Assembly: GCA_008632985.1 (NCBI GenBank)
Contig: QPGO01000023.1
Span: 1 to 64,000 of the forward strand
Direction of reading: 5' to 3'
Origin: Psammoneis japonica
Taxonomy: Eukaryota
Length of the DNA: 64,000 bases
The position numbers were made by a program, and so were the translations under genes. Positions 12,775-23,260 of the stretch are shown in pieces. A model generated the notes under the pieces. It ran no database searches. It was not told where the DNA came from and saw only the letters and a program-made list of their open reading frames with translations. The stretch's first letter is position 1, and the number at the start of each line of letters is the position of its first letter.

Positions 12775-13976
12775 GACGTGTCCCAGGTCCAGCAGGTGGG
12801 ACCTCGCACTGCTGAACTGTGACATCAACAGTTTTTTGAATCACGTCGTATGTCGTGCACATAGATTTCCACATGATTTTTTGACATTTTGTGTCATTTT
12901 ACGGTGCACTTAGACCCGTCGCACTCATGGCGGAGGGGTGCAATCAGGGGTGTAAAAACACACGTTGCACGTTTTTACACCCCTCAAAAAAAAATTGCAG
13001 CCAACAAACAGGCCACCAGAGGCATGCATTTTTTTCCTGCAAAAAATTCTGCGAGCCTGCAATTTTTCGTGCGAAAACAGACTCATCATCGTCCATGACG
13101 GCAGATGATGACATCAGAATTGTCGAACAACAATGGCAACCAACAATCAACAATGAACGTCAGTCAATGAGAGATGTGAAAAATTGTTGCTGGGGAGCTG
13201 TTGTGATGTGTTTGTGAAAGAAAGAACGGCAAAAAATGATGAGATTGAAGTCAACGGAGAACAAAATGATGGCAACTCCACACCTTTTCAGAAGAAAAAC
13301 ACGTCATGGGGTTGCTGACACCTTGGATGTGGATGCAGCAGTGACACACAATGTCAATCACGTCATTGCACATCGACTGGGCTTGTCAGAACAGTGTTTT
13401 GACATGTGTGAGGTCGCAGCGGAGCCGCCAAACGCCGTGGTGGTTTGATGCAGTCAATGGCATGTTCAACCTTGCGCACAGATGAGTTGATTAAAAATGG
13501 ACACATGGCGTTGTTCCTGATTGAGCATCAACATTTTTTCAGGAGCATGTGTTCAATGCACACATCATTGCTCGCAGAATTGCAGATGCCAAGTTTCGCA
13601 CTCTTGCACTCGTGCAAAAAATGGGTGCAATTTTGGTGTGTAAATTCGCGCGATGCGCGTTTTCACACCCCCAAATTACACCCCGAATTACACCCCAATT
13701 TCCATGAGCACGACGGGTCTCATTGAGCGATCCATCCAACAACTTTTGACATTTTTTGTCACAGCGCCATTCTGCAATGTCTCAAGAATCGCATGGGGCA
13801 GGCGCACTTGCAAAAACGTCGAGTGGTGAGAGGCACAATTGCACCACAAACTTGGCCGTTTGTTTGATGTTGAAGACAAATGTGCCCATCAATTAAATTC
13901 TTGTGCTACGGAGCTTGCACGCAGAATTCTGCGGGCCCAATGTCACACAGAGTCCCACCCAGGGCTGGAACACGTC
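12775..13976. mobile_element. MITE family A, copy 2, carrying a nested insertion
   Basis: Same TIRs (GACGTGTCCCAGG...GTGGGAC / GTCCCACCCAGGGCTGGAACACGTC); imperfect TSD GCCG/GGCG; internal sequence collinear with copy 3 once 12913-13719 is removed. Confidence 0.75.
12913..13719. mobile_element. Non-autonomous TIR element B (PIF/Harbinger-like by TSD), nested in MITE A
   Basis: TIR GACCCGTCGCACTCATGG / CCATGAGCACGACGGGTC, subterminal GGGGTGTAA / TTACACCCC repeats, 3-bp TSD TTA (12910-12912) / TCA (13720-13722). Confidence 0.7.
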
Positions 13977-13980
13977 GGCG

Positions 13981-14130
13981 GTTCAAGCGGGTGCCACATC
14001 ACATGAGGCACGAGGCAGCTCAAGCGGATGCCAACACCTTGCTGGGCGGCTCAAGTGGACACCTGCACCTCACTGGGTGACTCAAGTGGATGCCAACACC
14101 TTGCTGGGTGACTCAAGTGGATGCCAACAT
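13981..14130. repeat. 31-bp minisatellite (CTCAAGTGGATGCCAACACCTTGCTGGGTGA)
   Basis: CTCAAG anchors at 14019, 14050, 14081 and 14112; a related unit at ~12735-12774 lies on the other side of the MITE. Confidence 0.75.
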
Positions 14131-14976
14131 TGAATGTTGTGTGGAGTGGTCCAAGGGTGAGGAGCGTTCTTCATTTTAAAATCCACAATCTGCCACTTTT
14201 GGGAAAGTCCCGACACAAAGGGCAGACGAGGTTGCTCTTGTCTCTGATGATTGCGAGCAACTGTGCCAAGGCAGCTGACTGCAGTGGCACCTTGGCAATT
14301 TTTTTCTGCAAGACGGCCCATGAGAGCCAAGGGGTTGCTCCCCGGCGAGACTGAGAGTGGCACCTCCAAGGAAGGGGGTGCCACTCGACGTGCTGCAACC
14401 TGAACCTCAATCACACAGGGTTTGCCTGCCCTCAAAGGTGGTGATTGGTTGTTTTCAAGGAATGTGGCAGGACAGAAGGACAAAGCAGCTAGACTGGATT
14501 GATCTGCAGCACAGAGCGGTTGTCGAAAAGCTTGGATGGTCATTTGCAGCAGCGCTTCCAGATGCCTCTTCTCCTGCAGACGCTTGTCCATTTTCTTGTG
14601 CTTGCATGCCTTCTTACAAAGTCAATCTTGCATGACACCATTGACCAATCCAACATCTGAAAGACGTTGGGCACGGGAAAAAGCAGTGCAGGTCAAACCA
14701 TGCTGCTTCTCGCGGTTGGACAAATCCACGACAAAATGGGGCTTGATGGTTTGGCCTTGAGCTTTCCAAATGGTCATTGCCCAGCAAAGCTTCAAGGGCA
14801 ACACAGTGTGAGTGTGTTCATCACAGCCCACATCATCTTGCTTTTGAGTGCACACGGCTGCAGTCACAGGGTGAATTGGCACCCAACCTCGGCAACTGTC
14901 GTCGTCGGGAAAAAATGATCCTCCGCCACAGTCTCTGCTGAAGTCAACCCACACAAACTTTGGAAGAGATGGAGCC

Positions 14977-15550
14977 NNNNNNNNNNNNNNNNNNNNNNNN
15001 NNNNNNNNNNNNNNNNNNNNNNNNNNNNNNNNNNNNNNNNNNNNNNNNNNNNNNNNNNNNNNNNNNNNNNNNNNNNNNNNNNNNNNNNNNNNNNNNNNNN
15101 NNNNNNNNNNNNNNNNNNNNNNNNNNNNNNNNNNNNNNNNNNNNNNNNNNNNNNNNNNNNNNNNNNNNNNNNNNNNNNNNNNNNNNNNNNNNNNNNNNNN
15201 NNNNNNNNNNNNNNNNNNNNNNNNNNNNNNNNNNNNNNNNNNNNNNNNNNNNNNNNNNNNNNNNNNNNNNNNNNNNNNNNNNNNNNNNNNNNNNNNNNNN
15301 NNNNNNNNNNNNNNNNNNNNNNNNNNNNNNNNNNNNNNNNNNNNNNNNNNNNNNNNNNNNNNNNNNNNNNNNNNNNNNNNNNNNNNNNNNNNNNNNNNNN
15401 NNNNNNNNNNNNNNNNNNNNNNNNNNNNNNNNNNNNNNNNNNNNNNNNNNNNNNNNNNNNNNNNNNNNNNNNNNNNNNNNNNNNNNNNNNNNNNNNNNNN
15501 NNNNNNNNNNNNNNNNNNNNNNNNNNNNNNNNNNNNNNNNNNNNNNNNNN
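14977..15550. other. Assembly gap (N run) inside the Helitron helicase
   Basis: Run of n characters. Confidence 0.99.
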
Positions 15551-18500
15551 TTGACACCTTTGATTTCACGCAATCTCTGGTCAATGCAGCGAAGCTCTCT
15601 TTGACACAGCATCGAGAACTCAAGAATCAAAAGCTTGAGATTCGCAAACCCATCTTGAGCTTCAGCAAGATTTTTGTTCGTGAGAGGACGACAACATTTG
15701 CCAGAGAGGGGCATTCCCAGTCCTTCTTGGTGAGAGTGAACCGCAGATCTGCCAATGACCATCGCAGCCTTGCCTGTTGCAGCCACAAGAGCTCAGCTGC
15801 TTGTTGGAAGTCCACAGTCCCAGAGAGCAGCAGTGACAGCATCAACAGCAAATGATTTTCCTGCACCTCCCACCCCAACAAGGAGAACACACTGTCCCTC
15901 ACTTTCTCCAACAAGAGCACTTGCAATTGCATCATGAGCCAGACACTGTCATTCATTGAGCAAGTTGAAAGAAACTTGACTCCTTGCAGCTCGATCGACG
16001 GGGTCAGACATGAGATGATCACACTTTTGCTCCACTTCCTCGTCCCATCCATCACATTCTGGACAGCCATGCTTGAGTTCTGAAAAATCATGATCCTCTG
16101 ACCATTTGAGATTGCTTCCAGAAAGAGCTGGCACATCGTCCATTTGCGTGGCATGCCCAACATCCATCCAAGAGTCTTGGCTTGCATCCGTTGGACCAGA
16201 GTCCGAGTTGTCACCCATTGGCGCATCAACGTTGTCATTCACGCCATTCCTGTTGGGCAAGCGCAAGCTCGATTTAATCTCGCGTTGAAGGAAACCAGGA
16301 ATTTGTCGACCTTGTCACATCAGAAACAGAGCATGTTGGCTCCAAGCATGAATGATGTCATCATTGGATGCGTTGGCGCCACCCCAAGCAGATTCAAATG
16401 TGCCACTCCATGGTCAATGCTTGGTCAATGAGTGCTTGCAGCACTTGACAAAGTTGCGACCACCAGGAGCACTTGGAACTCGAGGTGCAAAAACAGCTGC
16501 CGTGTTTGGTTTCTGGTGGGGGCGGATTTTCTTCTTGTGCTCTCCGGACTTGCCAACGTAGAATCTGGTGGCAAATTCTTGTGGAGCAAGGTCTCTGAGT
16601 CCTGGCTCAAATGCTGCAAAAACTGAACAATCAGCCCAGGCTTCTTGGTTGAGGCATGCAGCATGTGCATCAACGACCGTCGGCATTGCAGCAGAATCCG
16701 CTCCTGCATCGGCGCCAACGTCTCCATCAGAAGGATCATCCGACTCCTCCAGGTCAACTTGCCTGGAGGCATTTTTGAGATTGACAGTGACAAAGGTGTG
16801 GGAGCAAGAGACAAGAGGCAAACTTAAAATGAGATGGCACGTCTCCTGTTTGGAAACCATTCGCTCGCCTGTTTGGGGTGACCATTTTGATTCATTCAAA
16901 GAATGAACAACACACTGTGAGTGGAAATGCAAAGTCACACAAGGATCAAATCAAAACTAGACACACCCAAAAGCTTGGCCATTGTGCTCTTCAACACTGC
17001 CTGTGCACTGCATCCATCATCGATTTTCTGCTCCACTGTTTTGCGAACCATTGCGGTCATTCGCATGGACATCATGCTGGATTCAGACTTGGAGACATGC
17101 TTGCTCATGTGCCAAAAACCTCACCGGCACATCTGCAACAAGTCGGAAATCAATGTTGGCTCTCCAAACCTCGAACACTGGGATGCAATGACTGTTGATC
17201 CACTTGTCGTTGCGTGCCGATGCCATTTCCATTCTTGAGACTTTTTGGGTCTCTCCAGCTTTGTTTTTGACAAGCTTCTCTAGAACAACCAGACGAGAAA
17301 TTCTTGAAAGATGCAAAGGATGTCCAAAGCAACAGTCCAAAATGTGTTCATCTGCTTTTGCCTTGTCGCACTTGGACTTGTTGCGGTCACAGCAGCCGCC
17401 GGGCTTGCATGCATGCCATTCCACCGTGTTGCACAGATTGCAGCAGTTGCCAGTGCGGTCATCTCTTGTCATCTCCAGCACATCTTGAGGCCTGTCATTG
17501 CTTGGGTGCACTCCGCCATCCACCCCGGGACAAAACTTGGTGGACTCCAGCCGCTCGTCGGATGCAGCATCTTCTGGAGGGCTGGGGTGAAACGCAGAGA
17601 CAAGAAAATCATCAAAGGTGACAACCATGTCTTGTGCCTCCTTTCCATCTCTGACAGCTTGCAGCATCTGTTCAAAAGAAAGCTCCTCGTCATCTTTGCA
17701 TTCAAACTCCTCTTCACACATGTCCAGTTCACAATCCTCCTTGGCAAAATCATCATCCTCATCCAGCGGACCTTGTTGGCACAGTTTCAAAGCAGCCAAT
17801 CTTCCTTCCAAAACAACCTGTGACAGGTCTGATGGCCCCGGGTCAGCCTCCAGTCGCAAACATCCGTGAACATGAGCAGCACCGCGGGCTTGGCATTCGA
17901 TCCAAAACCAAGTCCAGCTTGTTTTCATGCCATTCTTTCCAAAGAAGCTCTTCATCATCAAATTGACCCGTTCTTGAAAGAAGGCATCAACAATGTGAGG
18001 GTCATCTCGGACAGCCTTGCAATGACAACTGGCTTTCTCTTCTTCTGAAAACTCTTCACAGTCAGAGTTGCAAACCAACAAGGCACTGAGGTCCGCCCAG
18101 TGGTTGTCGGTGGCTGAAAGAGCAAACCACAATGTGGGCATTCCGCACTGGTCTGTCAGAGCCTTGAGCTCCTTCTTCTTCTTGCAGAAATGTGAGTCAC
18201 CACCTGGGACATTCGCGTTGAACTTTTGCATGTTGGAAACAATTTCTTTGAAGCGCGGCCCGTTCTCTTGCACTGCATGCTTCAGCTCTTCCTTGGTGAG
18301 CTGTGCATCTTCTGGGCACTTTTTTCGCAGGCACATTTTCTTTTGTTCCTGGTGACGATGTCGAGCAGCAGCAGAGCATTCTCGGCCCAATGCATCCACC
18401 GATTGTGGCGTGCAAACAGATGCACCCACTCTCCCTCCTCCTTGTTGTCAAAACAGGTGTGCTGAAGCAAGTGCTTGTTTGCCTCCACCATGGCCACGTT

Positions 18501-19192
18501 GATGCGGCGATCGTTGTGCATGACATCCCCATCGCCACGCGGGAAGAGAGTGGAAAAGGCCAGGCTTTGAAGCTGAGGAAAGGTGCAGTCATTGATGGGC
18601 TGGCCGTTGTTTCCAATCTCTTGGACGACGGAAGCAGGATCAAATTGATTGCGGAGAGTCTTTGAAATTTCGGCGTGCTGCTGACCTGGATGAGGGACAG
18701 ATGGCAGATGCCCAGATCGACATCCTCGCCCTCCTGTCCGCTTGCCCCACCTTGTTCTGGGCCACTGGCAGCAGCGTCTTGGTCCTCACTTGCATCACCT
18801 GCCAGCTCACTCTCATCTGAAATGGAAGAAATGGAGTCTGCCACTGAACCATCCTCTGGAAGAAGCAAAAGATTTTCCAGGTCAATGTCGACATCATGAT
18901 GGCCCAGATGATTTTCCTTCAGCCAGACAAGCCATTCTGTGACATTGTCGCAGCGAACCTGAAAGTCTTTGCATCCATTTGGTGTCCTTTGGTTTGGCTT
19001 TCAGAGGACAAAAACTGGCAAGTCAGAAACCTTGAGTGCGGCAGGCTCGCAATGACTTCATCTGTGTCCTTTTCAAGATTCACAACGGACCCTTTGTGCC
19101 CAACTTGCCCGGACTGAAGACGACAGCACTTCATGACAGTGTGAGCACAAGCAATGAGCATCTCTTCAACCTCAGATGGCTTGGGCAGGTGT

Positions 19193-19581
19193 GACGCATT
19201 CCAGGTCTAGGTGGGACCTCACACCACTGAACTGTGACATCGACAGTTTTTTGAATCGCGTCGCATGTCGCGCACATGCATTTCTACATGATTTTGGCAA
19301 AATTTTGTGTCATTTTATGGTGCAATTGTCAGGCAATCCATTCAACAACTTTTAACATTTTTTTCTTCTGCGCCATTCTCGAGTGTCTTAAGAATGGCAC
19401 AGGGCAGGCGCATCGTCCTAAACTTCGAGTACGAACAGGGATGTGTGCACCACAAACTTGGCCGTTTGTTTTGTGACGAAGACAAACACATCCATTGACC
19501 AGAGTACGAACTGCAGAGCTTGCACGTGGAATTCTGCGGGGCAAATGTCACAAAAAGTCCCACCTGGGACTGGAACCCGTC
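19193..19581. mobile_element. MITE family A, copy 3 (4-bp TSD GTGT), inserted in the Helitron ORF
   Basis: TIRs GACGCATTCCAGGTCTAGGTGGGAC / GTCCCACCTGGGACTGGAACCCGTC; GTGT at 19189-19192 and 19582-19585. Removing it restores the frame KGRPAH-LPKPSEVEEMLIA. Confidence 0.9.
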
Positions 19582-20603
19582 GTGTGCAGGACGTCCCTTG
19601 GCACAGATGTCCATGTCCTTTGCTGCAGAGAGACGACTCAAGCCATGCTCCTTGACATCCTTGGAGAACAAGCGAGGCACTGCTGCAGGTCTGACTTGTT
19701 CACGGTCATGTTGAACCAGCGCTTCTTGCAAGTGGCACACCGCATCATTTCTGTCTTTGAAACTCCGTCCACAAATTCATCTTGACAAGCTTTCACATGT
19801 GGGCCAGTCAAACAAGAGTGAGAACAATTGAAGAGCAAAGTGACAACAATCAACATCATGTCTCTTACATCGGGGTGGTCTTCCAGATTGACACCTGGAT
19901 GCCGGCCATCCCTGCAAGCTTCAAAACATTCATCAAGGGAAGAGGGTGGAACTGGAGGGTCATCAGAAGAGGACAAAGCAGATGACAATGATGAGGATGA
20001 GGATGAGGAGGAAGGGTCATCGTCCATCGATTGCCTTTTTTGTCTGTTTGCTTGTTTCGTTGCTTGGCGGTTTTGCAGTCTTGCTTCTGCCATTGACGTT
20101 CCTTTGAAAAATCTGGCTTCTGCACTTGATTGGCATTGTTGAGCCCTTGCAGTTTCTTGCCATTCTTGAGTTGACAGGTTTTCTTGTGCTTGTGCTCAAG
20201 ATTGCTCCTTCCTTCCATTCGCAACTCTGTGATTGTTGGTGGAGGAATCAATGGCAGCTGGCAGATCTGGATGAGCAAGAACAGATGAAGCAGAGTCATG
20301 AGCAAAAAAATTCGACAAAGTGGGACCAACAAAATGGAAACACTTGCGACTCAAAGTGCGCTGTCATTTCACCTCTCTGTCGGAAGAATCGTCAATGGCA
20401 CCAGCCACTTGTCAAGTTCTGTGTCGAAACTTGGGATCAGTGATGTTTGAAACCTCCAAATCTTGCATTGATGAAATCTCAATGTGATTGACGGGAAGAG
20501 CAAACTCGGGATGTCTGCTGAGATGCCGGGTGTCACACTCTCGCTTTTGCTGCTTGACGTCTTTTGCGGCTTGATCCTCCGCTCAGCACTCAGCACGTCT
20601 CTT

Positions 20604-21170
20604 TCAGTTTCGTTCTCTTCTGCACTGTGCAGAGGTTGAAAACAAATCGGGGGTTCCAAATGCTGCATCCTGCGATCCATGAGAATGGCGCTCATGTGGC
20701 AATCCAAAATGTGTGTGTGGCGGCATGTGATGGGGAGCAGGAGGTGGACGAAAGCAAGGAGCCGACATCCAATGATTGTGGGGAGGAGACAAAAAAGCTT
20801 GAGCCGGAGCATGCTGGCATCCAAAATTGGGCACACCCGGCAGCATCATGAAAGCATCACAGGGGCGACAGTTCCTCACATCGAGAGAGCCATGAACGAC
20901 AGGAAGAGAAAAAGCAACACCATTTTGAATGCACTTGCTCCACTCATCAATCAAAGAAGCTTGAGATTTGGCAGAATGGGTCGATGCGGGCGATGCAGGT
21001 TCTGGAGCTTCCGGCGGAGTGTCGGGTCCATCAGAAAAGAGTGCCTTCTCAACAAGCTCTTGCTCCTTTGGATCTGTTGCAGCTTGTCCCACCAGACGAC
21101 GAGTGGTCACAGGAAAGGAAGCAAAAGAAAAGAGGAGGACAAGTGCAGATGCAATGGGTGCAATCTTCAT
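20604..21170 (-). pseudogene. Tyr-free ORF remnant with a signal-peptide-like start, upstream of the Helitron (possible cargo)
   Basis: MKIAPIASALVLLFSFASF... followed by a Pro/Ala-rich linker; same strand as RepHel; TpA-depleted. Confidence 0.3.
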
Positions 21171-21588
21171 CGTGTCGAAAGCGATGTCGAGACGAGACGA
21201 TGAGTTTTGTGTTTGATGGGATTTTGTTTTCCATGGGAAAAGTGAGTGGTGAGACCTCGTTTCAATCAAGAGCCAGCAGGCACGAAAATTGCCAGGTGCG
21301 GCTGTGCGTGGTTGAGTGTTCATTGAAATGTGCGCAGAATCCTGCTGAAATCAAGCTGAGCTCCATTTTGCCGACAGCTGCTCTGTTTTGCCTGCAGTGT
21401 CATGTTTCACCACATCCAATCTGAAGATGTTTTGAGAAGCGCTTCGGGGCGACTCTGTTCGGACCGTTGAAAAGAAATTTTTTTGTTCAGATTCGAAAAT
21501 TTGTTTCGGGGTGTTCCTCACTTTTTTGAATGGTTGCATGTGTGCTCACAAAAATCACAAGAAAATTTTATGTTGTGCAAAAGCCTCA

Positions 21589-22776
21589 GGGACACACGGC
21601 ATTTTGTCGCCAATTGCGACATTCCCACAAATGAATTGGATGATTTGTCGTGAAAAACGCCCTTTGAGACAAATTTCAACCGTTGGCGATAAACAAGACA
21701 AAATCATCATTTAATTGGCGATGGCGTGTCCCAAACACACACGTTGCATCAACTGCAGTGCCACATGATGAATTTAACTTTCGGCGAAGACTGCACTTGT
21801 TAATTGGTGTTTTGGCGATTTTGTCGTACGTGCGACAAATTTTGTCGGAAACGACAAATTTTGTCGGATACGACAAATTTTGTCGGATGTACGACAAATT
21901 TTGTCGGACGTACGACAAATTTTGTCGTATCCGACAAACCCCGACAAACCCCGACAAGCCCCGACAAACCCCGACAAGCCCCGACAAACCCCGACAAACC
22001 CCGACAACGTACGACAAACGCCGACAAGAGCCGACAAGAGCCGACAAACGCCGACAGACGGACGTTTGCGACACGCCGACAACGCAACGCTCCCCAACAT
22101 TCAGAAGTGCCCAGTCGCACTGACAAAAGGTGCAGTGCAGCAACACACACCGGTGCATTCCGTTGCACTGTGTAGAAGTGTTGTTGTCCCGGTATTGACG
22201 AGAGTATGGAGACCGCCGAGAGCGGCATGATCGTCGCTTTGCATCATCGCGCAAAAGAGACATGCCGGTAGTGTCAACGGAGACGTTAGCGGTTAGCGTG
22301 TGCGGGGGGCGTGGGTGTTTCGTTCGTGTCGTGACGTGTCGTGACGTGTCGTGTCGTGTCGTGTCTTGTCGTGTCGTGTCGTGTCTTGTCGTGTCGTGTC
22401 GTGTCGTGTCTTGTCGTGTCGTGTCGTGTCGTGTCGTGTCGTGTCGTGTCTTGTCGTGTCGTGTCGTGTCGTGTCGTGTCTTGTCGTATGCCGACAAATA
22501 CGACAAATTTTGTCGTATACGACAAATTTTGTCGGATGAATTTTCGTCGATGACATCGATCGCCAAATTCTGTTAATTACCCCACTTATTGAAACGACAT
22601 CGCCAAAGTTCAGGTTGGTTATAAATGACATTAATCATTTTATAACTTAATTAAACAATGTTTCTGTCCCGTTTATCGCCAACCCGGACATTTTGTCGCA
22701 ATTCGCGTCTTTTCGCGACAAATCATCAATTCATTTAAGAAAATGTCGCCAAATGCGACAAAATGCCGTGTGTCCC
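21589..22776. mobile_element. Foldback-like non-autonomous element with ~130-bp imperfect TIRs and internal CGACA/TGTCG arrays
   Basis: GGGACACACGGCATTTTGTCGC at 21589 and its reverse complement ending at 22776. CGACAAATTTTGTCG near-palindromes and CCCCGACAAA repeats at 21830-22080; (GTGTC)n/TTGTC array at 22325-22490. Confidence 0.8.
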
Positions 22777-23260
22777 AGAGACCGACATAAACACATGTTC
22801 CATGTAGACCACGTACCGGTAGATTGTGCACCGGCGGAAATCCACCGCATGTCAACTCACTCAGTGGTAATTCTACGTACAGGCTCTCCGGAGCCTGGGG
22901 GTTAGGGCCTCGGTGAGCGCCGGTTACCGCGTACATCAGTACCAAAACCTACGCAGGCCCTTTCTACTTAATGCAGGACATCATTCAATTATAGACGATG
23001 AAAGAACATTTATTGATGACTTTTCAGTCACGATCAAAAAATGTCCGACAGTTTCACGTGACCCCTGACACTTAAGTGATCCGATGACGCGACGTTAAAT
23101 GTTGTGAGACAACAAAAGCAGCGGCTTGACCGGCTTTTAGCCTTTCTTCTGGTACATTTTTCACTGGGGGTCTACACGGGAGGATGGAAAAAATTGAAAA
23201 CAAAAAATGCAGGGGCTATAGAGTTACAAAAACACAAAAAACACTCGACCTCCTTCAACC

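Larger units (their letters stand above)
14500..20100 (-). mobile_element. Helitron Rep/PIF1-helicase relic (frameshifted, hypermutated)
   Basis: N-terminal CATCKKRWF; EVEEMLIA...GQVGHKGSVVNL; Rep motifs PTLWFALSATDNHWADL, ECQARGAAHVHG (HUH) and HMSKHVSK (YxxKYxxK position); helicase GVGGAGKS, ATGKAA..IG...VHS, IDQRLR, LPLKLCWAMTIWKAQGQT, GLTCTAFSR. Element termini not located. Confidence 0.9.

Noticed and set aside
14622..15786. Long ORFs spanning the N run
   Set aside because: Length is an artefact of the gap; only the flanking helicase motifs are real.
17083..18429. Alternative genetic code or codon reassignment
   Set aside because: TA is missing in all frames and in non-coding repeats; neighbouring genes use the standard code; the relics also carry frameshifts.
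7050..21540. Classical RIP or CpG methylation decay as the sole explanation
   Set aside because: RIP enriches TpA. CpG decay cannot change Tyr codons to Cys/His, and CpG is largely retained in this block.
21830..22490. CRISPR-like array
   Set aside because: Short tandem units without unique spacers, enclosed by TIRs, eukaryotic context, no cas genes.
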